Below are positions 21,805-30,117 of a stretch of 32,000 nt of DNA, piece after piece. Where the stretch lies: positions 2,744,412 to 2,776,411 of the forward strand of contig NZ_CP024768.1 in NCBI RefSeq assembly GCF_011395035.1, in the 5' to 3' direction. How positions within the stretch are numbered: position 1 is the first letter of the stretch; the number at the start of each line of letters is the position of its first letter. This DNA is from Pantoea cypripedii. Lineage in GTDB: Bacteria > Pseudomonadota > Gammaproteobacteria > Enterobacterales > Enterobacteriaceae. The translations under genes and the position numbers were made by a program. The notes beneath the pieces were generated by a model that saw nothing but the letters and a program-made list of their open reading frames with translations, did no database searches and was not told the origin of the DNA.

Positions 21805-22212
21805 ATGCGAAAAATAGCCATGTACCGTCGAAACAATCACCCAAACAGCGGCTTCAAGGAGAAGCTAGCCTACCAGTTAAGTAAAGGCCCAAAAACAGGC
21901 AGCGAACTCTGCGTCATCCTCAGCATGTCTCTCCGTGATTTCAATTCAAACATCCGTGACGTTATCAGCAAGCATGGTGAAACCCTCCAGGTAAATGCGA
22001 CTGACCCGGTAAAGGTTGGCCGCTTTATCGACAAAACCTACTCACTGGCAAGGAAGCCAAAGCGGGTTAATCCGAAGAAAGGAAGCCCGCTGATTGTCAG
22101 CTGGAAACAGCTTGCCAATACCGGCGAAGAGAAGCGCCTCGAATGTGAGGCGGCAGCCAAACGCCGGAGACGATTAATCAAAGCCGGATTCAATCCCGGA
22201 TGCCTGGAGTAA
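21805..22212 (+). CDS. Hypothetical basic protein (135 aa)
   Basis: ORF directly after recT. Lys/Arg-rich, possibly DNA-binding. Confidence 0.5.
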   Translation: MRKIAMYRRNNHPNSGFKEKLAYQLSKGPKTGSELCVILSMSLRDFNSNIRDVISKHGETLQVNATDPVKVGRFIDKTYSLARKPKRVNPKKGSPLIVSWKQLANTGEEKRLECEAAAKRRRRLIKAGFNPGCLE

Positions 22213-22216
22213 CACC

Positions 22217-22318
22217 ATGCACTACAGCAAAAGAGGACGTTACTGGATATCGATATTTACTGGCTGCGCTTTGTTTTGGGTAGCGGCTGTGATGATGATT
22301 TGGGGAGTGATGAGATGA
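22217..22318 (+). CDS. Candidate 33-aa membrane peptide
   Basis: MHYSKRGRYWISIFTGCALFWVAAVMMIWGVMR. GGAG SD. Its stop overlaps the next ATG (ATGA). Confidence 0.35.
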   Translation: MHYSKRGRYWISIFTGCALFWVAAVMMIWGVMR

Positions 22319-22764
22319 GAGTTACTGAAAATGGCGACACCTTTACTTGCTCCTGTGGATTTTCATGGGAGCGAGGACGTAACGGCGCACACAATTGCGA
22401 GCCAGGTCTGTATCGGCAGATTGGAGAACTGCAACAGAAGCTGGATGCAGTGGTGGCAGAGAATGCAGCGCTGCGTAAATTCATTATCGAAAGTTGCTAT
22501 ACCTATGATGGCGATGGGAGCGATATTTGCGACTCATATGTCAGTGCTGAAGAGTCACCATTGTTTCCTTCTTCCACTGATACTGAATCCATCCTGAACT
22601 CGCTGCGGGCGGAGGGTGTTGAGATGGTAGCCGATGCTATCGGTCAAAAGTGCAGTGAATTAAAAGTAGGCAGCAAAGAATGGAAATCACTAAAAAGCAT
22701 CGTATTCACGCTCATCAGTTTCTCATCCCAACTCCGCGCCGGTGATGCGGATAAGGTGGAATGA
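22315..22764 (+). CDS. Ead/Ea22-like protein
   Basis: Start at MRVTENGDTFTCSCGFSWERGRNGAHNC, then the coiled coil IGELQQKLDAVVAENAALRKF. This pattern is typical of lambdoid Ea22-like proteins. Confidence 0.6.
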   Translation: MRVTENGDTFTCSCGFSWERGRNGAHNCEPGLYRQIGELQQKLDAVVAENAALRKFIIESCYTYDGDGSDICDSYVSAEESPLFPSSTDTESILNSLRAEGVEMVADAIGQKCSELKVGSKEWKSLKSIVFTLISFSSQLRAGDADKVE

Positions 22765-23045
22765 TGGGAAATAAAAAAATATGGGACGGAAAACAATTAC
22801 CAGGAGTTGGTGACGAAGTTCTTATCCACTTGGGAAGTGCAGATAAATGGTGCCCCTATATCGTTGAGGGCTTTCACATCTGGCCGAGCCTGGAAGGTGA
22901 TACTGCATACCATAGCATCTTTGTTGACGTCTATTGCACATCAGGCAGCAATAAAATAAAAAACAGTCGGCTACTACGGGATGTGCGCCCTATTTTCTGG
23001 CGGGAAGGTGATGAATATGACCCATGCAAGGAGCCAACCAAATGA
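22761..23045 (+). CDS. Hypothetical protein (94 aa)
   Basis: ATGA coupled on both sides. Confidence 0.55.
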   Translation: MMGNKKIWDGKQLPGVGDEVLIHLGSADKWCPYIVEGFHIWPSLEGDTAYHSIFVDVYCTSGSNKIKNSRLLRDVRPIFWREGDEYDPCKEPTK

Positions 23046-23413
23046 AACCATTAACGGTAAGTGAGCGTCAGGCGCTGATTAAACATCTGAATATGTGCCT
23101 TAACGGCGATACTTTTTTCGATTCTATGATTGAATTTAATAAGCGTCAGCGTGAAATCAACAAAATAGCACTGGAAATTCTGAAGGCCGACAATACAGCA
23201 AATGGAGAACTTTTACATAGGTCTGAAACAACTGGGGATATCTACTTAGTCGCATCAGTTCCTGTGATGAAGCCGGTTAAATTGCCTGGAAGATTCCAGC
23301 CGGTGCTGAATGGCGGAAAGACAGCGATGTTTTTTGCTACAGACGGTCACTGGCTCAACCTAACTGAAGTCAAAGAAGCAATCAAAGAAGCCGGTGGAGA
23401 GGTGGAAGAATGA
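23042..23413 (+). CDS. Hypothetical protein (123 aa)
   Basis: Start at MKPLTVSERQ overlaps the upstream TGA. Confidence 0.55.
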   Translation: MKPLTVSERQALIKHLNMCLNGDTFFDSMIEFNKRQREINKIALEILKADNTANGELLHRSETTGDIYLVASVPVMKPVKLPGRFQPVLNGGKTAMFFATDGHWLNLTEVKEAIKEAGGEVEE

Positions 23414-23493
23414 CAACTGGCGAATGTGTAGCACTGGCGATTGGCTTCATCGCCTGCGTTATTCTCATGGCTAACTTGGGGTTACTGAAATGA
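23410..23493 (+). CDS. Candidate 27-aa membrane peptide
   Basis: MTTGECVALAIGFIACVILMANLGLLK. ATGA overlaps at both ends. Confidence 0.3.
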   Translation: MTTGECVALAIGFIACVILMANLGLLK

Positions 23494-23906
23494 CAATGCA
23501 GCTACTGAATGAGTTGGTTGAGTATGTGAATGGGCTGAGGGTACTGGTTGAAAGCGAGATTGCTGATTTCTGCGCGGGACTTGGTTCACCGGGCGAACCG
23601 GAATCGCCGGAAGAAATGCAGCGGCAATTGATGGATAGAGTGGCGGCTGTGTTTGATGGCAATCATATTCCTGACGCAGGGAAAATGACCGGATGGGTTA
23701 AGTGTAGTGACCGCTTACCTGACAAGAGCGGCGATTATCTTGTTTTGTGTCACTATCCTAATTTTCATGAAAGGTGTTTTGTTCAGCACGTTATGAACTT
23801 TCTGCACACCGCTTATGAAACACCGGTTATGCGCTGGTATGACCGCCAGAGAGCTGACTATATCACTCACTGGCAACTACTCCCGGAGGTACCAGATGAT
23901 AAGTGA
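23490..23906 (+). CDS. DUF551 domain protein
   Basis: C-terminal WVKCSDRLPDKSGDYLVL...ITHWQLLPEVP is the DUF551 signature. Confidence 0.65.
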   Translation: MTMQLLNELVEYVNGLRVLVESEIADFCAGLGSPGEPESPEEMQRQLMDRVAAVFDGNHIPDAGKMTGWVKCSDRLPDKSGDYLVLCHYPNFHERCFVQHVMNFLHTAYETPVMRWYDRQRADYITHWQLLPEVPDDK

Positions 23907-24138
23907 TGAGAGGCTGTCATTCATCGACCGCAACCCGGATATGTTTTACCCGGAGCATGTTGAGCTGGCCCGTGAACTTCTGGCGCTGCGGAAGGCGTTT
24001 AGTGAGCCTGTATGCTGTATAGAGACACCTGAACTTGATTACCTTGCCAATGGTAATGATGGTCGAGTTTACTGCCCGGAAGCGGAAGAGCATGGCGATA
24101 TATTTCTCTACCGCAAGCCACCAACTGATGAGATGTGA
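23896..24138 (+). CDS. Hypothetical protein (80 aa)
   Basis: Start at MISDERLSFIDRN with a GGAGG SD. Confidence 0.5.
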   Translation: MISDERLSFIDRNPDMFYPEHVELARELLALRKAFSEPVCCIETPELDYLANGNDGRVYCPEAEEHGDIFLYRKPPTDEM

Positions 24139-24392
24139 TGATGGGAAAATACACCCTGGTAGTTGAGTTTGAAGATGGAAAGGAACCAGCAATTAACGGC
24201 TCATTAGACGTGCTGGGAGGGAGGATTGTAGCTGCGGCTTTTGTGGATTATCGCGATGACTTTTTTACAGAAAATGAAGCTGAAGCCATAGAGGGAATTA
24301 TGGATGACAGCGACATGGTGGAACAGTGGTGTGATGATATGGGTGTTGATGCAGACGCCATCACTGAAAAAATTCGTCTTCTGAAAATTTAA
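24138..24392 (+). CDS. Hypothetical acidic protein (84 aa)
   Basis: The ATG shares a base with the upstream TGA. The start could be the GTG at 24135. Followed by a terminator. Confidence 0.55.
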   Translation: MMGKYTLVVEFEDGKEPAINGSLDVLGGRIVAAAFVDYRDDFFTENEAEAIEGIMDDSDMVEQWCDDMGVDADAITEKIRLLKI

Positions 24393-24412
24393 TACCCCTT
24401 CCAGATTAACCC

Positions 24413-24434
24413 AGCCGCTATATGCGGTTTTTTT
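24413..24434 (+). terminator. Rho-independent terminator
   Basis: AGCCGC-tatat-GCGGTT followed by a T run. Confidence 0.6.
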
Positions 24435-24459
24435 ACGCCTACAGTTCGGAGAAATAATC

Positions 24460-24669
24460 ATGCACGCAGATATGCTTGACGAAGCAGCGGAACGCGAACA
24501 ACAGATGATTGCCGTAGCTTTGGCTAACCGCAAGCGGCCTGAGATGAAATTCACCGGGCGCTGCTATTACTGCGGTGAGGTGATTCCGAAAGGGAATTTC
24601 TGTGACGAAGGATGCTGTCACGATTATGAGCGGCTGGAGCGGGCCAACAGGCATCGGAGGGTGGCATAA
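24460..24669 (+). CDS. TraR/DksA-family C4 zinc-finger protein
   Basis: CYYCGEVIPKGNFCDEGCCHDYERLE preceded by a helical N-terminus. This is typical of phage TraR-like proteins. Confidence 0.8.
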   Translation: MHADMLDEAAEREQQMIAVALANRKRPEMKFTGRCYYCGEVIPKGNFCDEGCCHDYERLERANRHRRVA

Positions 24670-24849
24670 ATGCTTAAAGTTCGCGACCCAACCTTTACCG
24701 AATATCTCAATGGTGTCGCATGGACGGAAGCAGGCAAGCCAATATTGCGCAAGGATGGCTGGTCCATTGAGCGTATTAAGTTTGCTGAACAGGTCTGGAA
24801 TGACTGTCGGCAGAAGATAAAGCCAAATAAGAATCGGAGAGTGGAATGA
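24670..24849 (+). CDS. Hypothetical small protein (59 aa)
   Basis: Hand-translated as MLKVRDPTFTEYLNGVAWTEAGKPILRKDGWSIERIKFAEQVWNDCRQKIKPNKNRRVE. Its stop overlaps the next ATG. Confidence 0.5.
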   Translation: MLKVRDPTFTEYLNGVAWTEAGKPILRKDGWSIERIKFAEQVWNDCRQKIKPNKNRRVE

Positions 24850-25193
24850 GTAGCCCTCTATTACGTGACCTTCAGAATGGATATCTGGATAAGGTTGAGC
24901 AAGACAGGGTTCAGGGTGTAATCGAACGTGCTCATAGGCTCTATCATGGCTACATTAGTGCACAAAAGGCATTTAGAGGCCTGGAGGTTGAATACCAAAG
25001 CAATGGTATCGCGCACCTTTACTGCGATAAGTGGCCCTTAACAGGAATGACTGGCTTAAGAGCTTTTAAGCAGGTTGGATGGAATTATTACGATCACTAT
25101 TCCGGGATATTGGGCCTGTATATCACCTCTGTTATTGGTGACAGGTGTTACATAAGGATTGACCTTAAGCACCCTCACATCACTCTGAAATAA
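24846..25193 (+). CDS. Hypothetical protein (115 aa)
   Basis: ATGA coupled ORF. No recognisable motif. Confidence 0.55.
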   Translation: MSSPLLRDLQNGYLDKVEQDRVQGVIERAHRLYHGYISAQKAFRGLEVEYQSNGIAHLYCDKWPLTGMTGLRAFKQVGWNYYDHYSGILGLYITSVIGDRCYIRIDLKHPHITLK

Positions 25194-25237
25194 TCCCCCA
25201 CCCCATTTAATTATCGCGCTATGCGTGAGGAGTTGTT

Positions 25238-25438
25238 ATGCCAACATATTTCTATAGCGGAAAAGTTTACAGGAATGGTAATGCCGCAAGATTAATTGAT
25301 GGAATTGTTGATTCTGATAATGCGAGAGAGGCAAGGCTGTCAGCGATTACCACTAATCTTGAGAGAGCCATTGAATTAGAATTGCTCGCCGGTTCAACTT
25401 TTGACGTTCATCTTGAACAGTTTCACAAAGTCGAATGA
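25238..25438 (+). CDS. Hypothetical protein (66 aa)
   Basis: GAGGAG SD. Confidence 0.5.
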   Translation: MPTYFYSGKVYRNGNAARLIDGIVDSDNAREARLSAITTNLERAIELELLAGSTFDVHLEQFHKVE

Positions 25439-25521
25439 CCCATCACCACCTCATCGCCCTGACCTGCTTCATCATCCTTGCCGCCATATGCTTCGTAACC
25501 ATATGGCGACATAACCGCTAA
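25435..25521 (+). CDS. Candidate 28-aa membrane peptide
   Basis: MTHHHLIALTCFIILAAICFVTIWRHNR. ATGA overlap with the upstream stop. Confidence 0.3.
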   Translation: MTHHHLIALTCFIILAAICFVTIWRHNR

Positions 25522-25562
25522 TCATTCACCTTTGTCACTATATGCCTGCATCAGGAGTAAAT

Positions 25563-25811
25563 ATGGAGAATGTCATCCAGATAAAGCCCAGCGAATGGGT
25601 GTCAGAATCTTTATTGATGGCTATCACCGGAATGAAGAAAAACACCATCAAATCAGCACGGGAAAAATGCTGGATGGAAGGACGGGAGTATAAGCATGTA
25701 TCTGGTGACGGAGCGCCAGCTTATAACAGCGCATGCTTCTACCGTCTCTCTGCTGTTGAAAAATGGATCGAGAATCAACCTGCTGCCACTCCCCGCGATA
25801 AATCTGCTTAA
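25563..25811 (+). CDS. xis: Excisionase-like protein
   Basis: Start at MENVIQIKPSEWV with a GGAG SD. EWVSESLLMAITGMKKNTIKSAREKCWMEGREYKHV is an excisionase-like HTH. Lies directly upstream of int. Confidence 0.7.
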   Translation: MENVIQIKPSEWVSESLLMAITGMKKNTIKSAREKCWMEGREYKHVSGDGAPAYNSACFYRLSAVEKWIENQPAATPRDKSA

Positions 25812-25843
25812 ATAGCCTTCCCTATCAACCAATGAGGTCACAT

Positions 25844-27133
25844 ATGTCTGGATATCCAACCGGAGTGGAGCGCCATGGGGAGACTCTGCGCATCTGGTTC
25901 ATCTACCAGGGGAAGCGCGTCAGAGAATCCCTTGGCGTTCCTGATACGCCAAAGAACAGGAAGATGGCAGCAGAACTGAGGGCATCAGTCTGTTACGCCA
26001 TAAAGACAGGGACATTCGTTTATGAAGAAAGGTTTCCTGAATCGAAGAATGTAACCCATAAGGAGAAAAGCAAAAAGTCTACGACCCTTGAGCAGCTTTG
26101 CATGCGTTGGATGGAGCTGAAAAAACCCGATCTGGCAAAATCAACGTTCAAGCGTTACACCAGCGATCTGAATCTCACCATGTATTTTCTTGGGAAAGAT
26201 ACCCTGGCCTCAGCCATCACTAACGAGGATGCGATCGCTTTCAGAAATGAGTTGCTGACTGGATATCACATTGTGCACGAAGGAAGAAAGACGAGGACAC
26301 AAAAGAAGGGTCGCTCTGTCAGGACAGTAAACGAAGCACTGAACGTGCTGAAGGGAATGTTTATGTTTGCTCATCGCAATGGGTATACCGGAGCGAATCC
26401 CTTTGCAGATGTTGGCTACCTCAAAAAGCAGAGGACACAGCCAGATCCCCTTACAAGAGATGAATTTGCAAGACTCATCGGAGGGTGCAGAAATGATCAG
26501 GCCAAAAATGTATGGACATTCGCCTGCTTCACGGGGTTGCGTCATGGGGAGATATCTGGCCTGGCATGGGAGGACATAGACACAAAAAACTGGACCGCGT
26601 CAGTAGAGAGGAACCTTCCCGTTCGGGGGCACTTTGCATTACCAAAAACGGAGTCAGGGAGAAGGACCATCCAGCTGACCCAGCCAGCAATTGATGCACT
26701 TAAGCGCCAGATGCCATTCACCCGTATGAATAAACCAGTGCCGGTTGATGTCCATCTTGGCCCAGGTATAGAGCCACGAAGAGATGACTGTACGTTTGTA
26801 TTCTCACCGCTCTACTCAACATCAAAGAACCAGGCTGGAGACTGGTACTCTCCAGGCTCCCTTGGAGCTATGTGGAACTTTGCCATGAAACGCGCCGGAC
26901 TAAGGCATCGGAAAGCATATGAGTCACGACACACCTACGCTTGCTGGGCGTTAAGTTCCGGTGCCAATCCAAGCTTTGTTGCTGTGCAGATGGGTCATGT
27001 GTCAGCGAAGATGATTTATGAGGTTTACGGGAAGTGGATGAGCGAGAACAACCAGTCCCAACTCGACATTCTCAACAGCAGTTTCGGCAACTATGCCCCA
27101 TCCATGCCCCAAAACGTAAGGGTTCCAGGATAA
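25844..27133 (+). CDS. int: Tyrosine integrase, Rac IntR-like (arm-binding DUF3596 N-terminus)
   Basis: Start at MSGYPTGVERHGETLRIWFIYQGKRVRESL. Blocks GRSVRTV, PDPL, GLRHGEISGLAWEDID, SRHTYACWALSSGANPSFVAVQMGH and MIYEVYGKW parallel the recalled IntR sequence. Confidence 0.9.
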   Translation: MSGYPTGVERHGETLRIWFIYQGKRVRESLGVPDTPKNRKMAAELRASVCYAIKTGTFVYEERFPESKNVTHKEKSKKSTTLEQLCMRWMELKKPDLAKSTFKRYTSDLNLTMYFLGKDTLASAITNEDAIAFRNELLTGYHIVHEGRKTRTQKKGRSVRTVNEALNVLKGMFMFAHRNGYTGANPFADVGYLKKQRTQPDPLTRDEFARLIGGCRNDQAKNVWTFACFTGLRHGEISGLAWEDIDTKNWTASVERNLPVRGHFALPKTESGRRTIQLTQPAIDALKRQMPFTRMNKPVPVDVHLGPGIEPRRDDCTFVFSPLYSTSKNQAGDWYSPGSLGAMWNFAMKRAGLRHRKAYESRHTYACWALSSGANPSFVAVQMGHVSAKMIYEVYGKWMSENNQSQLDILNSSFGNYAPSMPQNVRVPG

Positions 27134-27160
27134 TTTCAAGTATGACAGTGAGTTATGGTA

Positions 27161-27991
27161 TCAATGAGTGGTATAGCGAACGTGGCTAAACGAATGGAGC
27201 TGCGCTGAGGGGAACGGCATGACCGAGAAAAACGGACCGCACATTAGCGTCAGACCCATTTTTTTAAATTCATCAGGAACATCGACCAGACACATTTCCG
27301 TCATCTCATGACGTAACGGAATCAATGCCAGCCCTGAACCATCCAGCAAATAGTTGATTCGTGAATAGGTGCAGTTGAACACATGGTCTGCATAAACCGT
27401 CTCCGATTGCCCGGATATAGAGGTAAAAACCTCCAGTCCTTCACCATATTCCCGGACTTTCTCCACCACCGCGTTGGTAACGATACGTACATTAGCCGCC
27501 GACAGTCGCTCAATCATGAGGTCACGTAGCTTGTGGGAATCAAATGCATATTCCCGGGTGGTGAACACCGAATCAATCAGTGTCGGATTCATCAGACGTT
27601 TTACTGAGGCAGGTGCCTCGTCACATTCGGCACCAATACGCTGACAGAAACGCAGAAATTGATCGCCAGTGACTTTGCTTAACGACCCGGCAACCAGATA
27701 ATACTTGGCAAAATCATCATCGATGCAGTCGCGGAATTCATTAACGAAACGCGGAAAAGAGAGACGCGATCGTAAAGCAGTAAGAATACTTCGAGGGTAA
27801 TGATAGCCATTATGCACGCGCGCCTGGTTAACATATGACGCTCGTGACATTAGCTGTTGGCTTTTCTCAAAAATAGTGACCTGACAACCCTTTAACGCCA
27901 GCTGTTCCGCCAGATATAAGCCGAAAAAACCACCGCCAGCGATAACAATATTTTTCGCCGGGCCAGCCTTATTTTTTGAGGCCTGTTGCAT
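27161..27991 (-). CDS. FAD-dependent oxidoreductase, probably C-terminally truncated
   Basis: Start at MQQASKNK. Dinucleotide-binding motif IVIAGGGFFGLYLAEQLA...IFEK. Only 276 aa. Its stop lies 27 bp from the convergent int stop. Confidence 0.7.
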   Translation of the reverse strand: MQQASKNKAGPAKNIVIAGGGFFGLYLAEQLALKGCQVTIFEKSQQLMSRASYVNQARVHNGYHYPRSILTALRSRLSFPRFVNEFRDCIDDDFAKYYLVAGSLSKVTGDQFLRFCQRIGAECDEAPASVKRLMNPTLIDSVFTTREYAFDSHKLRDLMIERLSAANVRIVTNAVVEKVREYGEGLEVFTSISGQSETVYADHVFNCTYSRINYLLDGSGLALIPLRHEMTEMCLVDVPDEFKKMGLTLMCGPFFSVMPFPSAQLHSFSHVRYTTH

Positions 27992-28201
27992 ATGTGATCC
28001 CCAAACCTGACAAACCATTCTTAGGCAATGTCTGATACTTTTTTTGTGTCAGGAATGATACTGACTTTGGAATTAAAAGGAAACGAAAAGGAAAAGTTAA
28101 GATTGCGTTAGATCAGGTTCCAGGAGGAAACAGATGTTTCTCATGCCACACACTGAAGATTCGGTGGTAAAAGGTAGATAAAGGCAGTGAAAAAAAGTGA
28201 C

Positions 28202-28700
28202 TTAACACAAACACATAGTCATTGGATTACTCCAGCCATACTCAAAGCCCAGCTCATCGCAAATCGCACTGTCATCATGTTTTTTCCGACATTTCCCGGA
28301 GCTCGGCAACAGACGTAGGCGGTATCGGAGCAAGTTGAAGTGCACCATGGGGTAAAACTTACTGCATGTTGGATGTTTAGGCGCGCAAGGGTTTTAAACG
28401 CGCCCACCTTTCGGCGTCAGCAGCAGCAATGCGATAGCTCCCACCACATCATCCAGATGTACCACATGCGAGCCATCACTTGAATCGGTTTTCCTGACAG
28501 GAAATTGTCCGGTGTGACGGTTTGGTCCAACTGGCACGGCAAGGCGCACGATGTCCTCGCTGCTACCCGGCAAATCATGTAGCAGTTCTCCAGCGCCACC
28601 AGCATTTTACCGGCCACGGTTGCTGGCCGTAATGGCTGTGTTGTTTCATCATCCCCGCACCAAAACCATACACCAGGGTGAAATGATAACCTGCATTAAC
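28202..28700 (-). pseudogene. Diverged, frameshifted copy of the yeeZ 3' end
   Basis: Alignable by eye with 30118-30630. It shares AAAGTGACTTAAC just past the stop. It encodes ...ICDELGFEYGWSNPMTMCLC*, against ...ICDELGFEYSWSDPMTMPLG* in yeeZ. Frame breaks and a 9-bp indel are present. The track ORFs 28219-28407 and 28417-28617 are its fragments. Confidence 0.8.
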
Positions 28701-28764
28701 AATCCCTTGATTCAGTTGCAGCCAAGTGTAAGGATCGGCTCCTCACTTGCTACAGAACATTGCC

Positions 28765-29124
28765 ATGCTGAAACTCTTTGCAAGATACACATCGGTAGGT
28801 GTGATCAACACGTTAATACACTGGATCACCTTCGCCATCTGCGTCGAACGGGGTCTCCAGCAATCATTGTCCAACTTCATTGCATTTCTCGTTGCTGTAA
28901 CCTTCTCATTTTTCGCTAATGCCAAATGGACGTTCGGCTCAAATGCGACCACCATTCGCTACATCATGTATGTGTTCTTCATGGGAATGGTAGCGGTGAT
29001 GATAGGTTCATATGCTGACAGAATGAAAATTAGCCCAGTGGTGACGCTGGTTGTCTTCTCAGCCACCAGCCTAGTATGTGGATTTATCTATTCTAAATAC
29101 ATTATTTTCAGGGAAGATAAATGA
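28765..29124 (+). CDS. gtrA: GtrA bactoprenol-linked glucose translocase (flippase)
   Basis: [20 protein letters not shown]...[11 protein letters not shown]...[15 protein letters not shown] closely follows the GtrA consensus. 119 aa. Confidence 0.9.
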   Translation: MLKLFARYTSVGVINTLIHWITFAICVERGLQQSLSNFIAFLVAVTFSFFANAKWTFGSNATTIRYIMYVFFMGMVAVMIGSYADRMKISPVVTLVVFSATSLVCGFIYSKYIIFREDK

Positions 29125-30047
29125 AAATATCTCTTGTTGTTCCTGTTCTTAATGAAGAGGAAGCACTGCCTGTTTTTTACGCTGCCATCCGCAATTTTCA
29201 GGGATTTGGCGATAATGATGTTGAAATAATTTTTATCAATGATGGAAGCACCGATAATACCGAGTCATTAATTCAGCAAATTGAAAAGACCGATCCCCTC
29301 GTTAAACATATTTGCTTTACACGTAACTTTGGTAAAGAACCCGCATTATTTGCCGGACTTGAATCATCAACCGGTGACGTGGTTATTCCTATCGATGTGG
29401 ATTTGCAGGATCCCATCGATGTCATCCCTCGTCTTATCGCCAGGTGGAAAGAAGGGGCTGACGTCGTTCTGGCAAAACGTATTGATCGTTCGTCCGATAG
29501 TCACCTGAAGCGCAAAAGTGCTGAATACTTTTATAAATTTCACAACTTGATCAGCAAGCCGCAGATTGAAGAGAATGTGGGTGACTTCCGCCTTATGTCT
29601 CGTGAAATCGTTGATAATATAAAACTTCTTCCTGAGAAAAATTTGTTCATGAAAGGCATTCTTTCATGGGTCGGTGGTCGTACTGCCGTCGTGGAATACA
29701 ACCGTGCCGAGCGAGTTGCAGGTTTGACAAAGTTTAATGGCTGGAAGTTATGGAATCTGGCGCTTGAAGGCATTACGTCGTTCTCCACTTTCCCTTTACG
29801 TGTGTGGACATATATTGGCTTTTTCGTCGCCGGGCTCTCATTCCTGTATGGTATATGGATGATTATTGACAAGCTGATTTGGGGCAACCCGGTAGCGGGT
29901 TATCCATCAATCCTCGTGTCAATTTTGTTTCTTGGTGGCATTCAGTTAATTGGTATTGGTGTACTGGGTGAGTACATCGGAAGAATTTATGTCGAGGCTA
30001 AACAAAGACCGAGATATATTATTAGAAATAAAGATAAAAAATCATGA
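29121..30047 (+). CDS. gtrB: GtrB bactoprenol glucosyltransferase (GT2)
   Basis: [17 protein letters not shown]...[10 protein letters not shown]...DVDLQDP is a GT2 DxD-type core. Two C-terminal TM helices. ATGA coupled to gtrA. Confidence 0.9.
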   Translation: MKISLVVPVLNEEEALPVFYAAIRNFQGFGDNDVEIIFINDGSTDNTESLIQQIEKTDPLVKHICFTRNFGKEPALFAGLESSTGDVVIPIDVDLQDPIDVIPRLIARWKEGADVVLAKRIDRSSDSHLKRKSAEYFYKFHNLISKPQIEENVGDFRLMSREIVDNIKLLPEKNLFMKGILSWVGGRTAVVEYNRAERVAGLTKFNGWKLWNLALEGITSFSTFPLRVWTYIGFFVAGLSFLYGIWMIIDKLIWGNPVAGYPSILVSILFLGGIQLIGIGVLGEYIGRIYVEAKQRPRYIIRNKDKKS

Positions 30048-30054
30048 AAATATT

Positions 30055-30095
30055 TTCACGTGTCACACGCTGAAAAATCGGCGGCGACACGTGAA
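30055..30095. repeat. 10-bp perfect inverted repeat at the gtrB/yeeZ junction
   Basis: TTCACGTGTC (30055-64) and GACACGTGAA (30086-95) are separated by 21 nt. They lie between convergent gtrB and yeeZ. Confidence 0.6.
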
Positions 30096-30117
30096 GGGGA
30101 ACGTGAAATAAAGTGAC

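Larger units (their letters stand above)
1..27160. mobile_element. Lambdoid prophage, partial. The structural end continues beyond the window start. The int-proximal end lies somewhere right of 27133; the exact att boundary was not determined.
   Basis: Contiguous lambda-order modules are present: portal/terminase, lysis, Q, nin, P/O, cII-cro-cI, N, recombination, xis-int. Many ATGA/TGATG translational couplings. Confidence 0.9.
28701..30117. mobile_element. Remnant gtr (O-antigen glucosylation) island bracketed by the yeeZ 3' duplication
   Basis: gtrA-gtrB alone lie between the yeeZ' fragment and intact yeeZ. No int and no gtrC are present. Confidence 0.5.

Noticed and set aside
25478-25491. 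Possible CII-dependent PI promoter upstream of xis/int
   Set aside because: Only TTGC-N6-ATGC is present, so the second half-site is imperfect. No -10-like hexamer lies at the expected distance.
28219-28617. Track ORFs 28219-28407(-) and 28417-28617(-) as genes
   Set aside because: They are frameshifted pieces of the yeeZ 3'-end pseudogene, not independent genes.
28690-28764. Dam/OxyR phase-variation switch upstream of gtrA, as described for P22-type gtr operons
   Set aside because: I see only a single GATC (28733-28736) in the upstream region, not the paired GATC clusters that mechanism requires.
28551-28955. ORFs 28551-28919(+) and 28743-28955(-)
   Set aside because: One is antisense to the yeeZ' fragment. 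The other overlaps gtrA in the wrong frame or strand. Neither has supporting signals.
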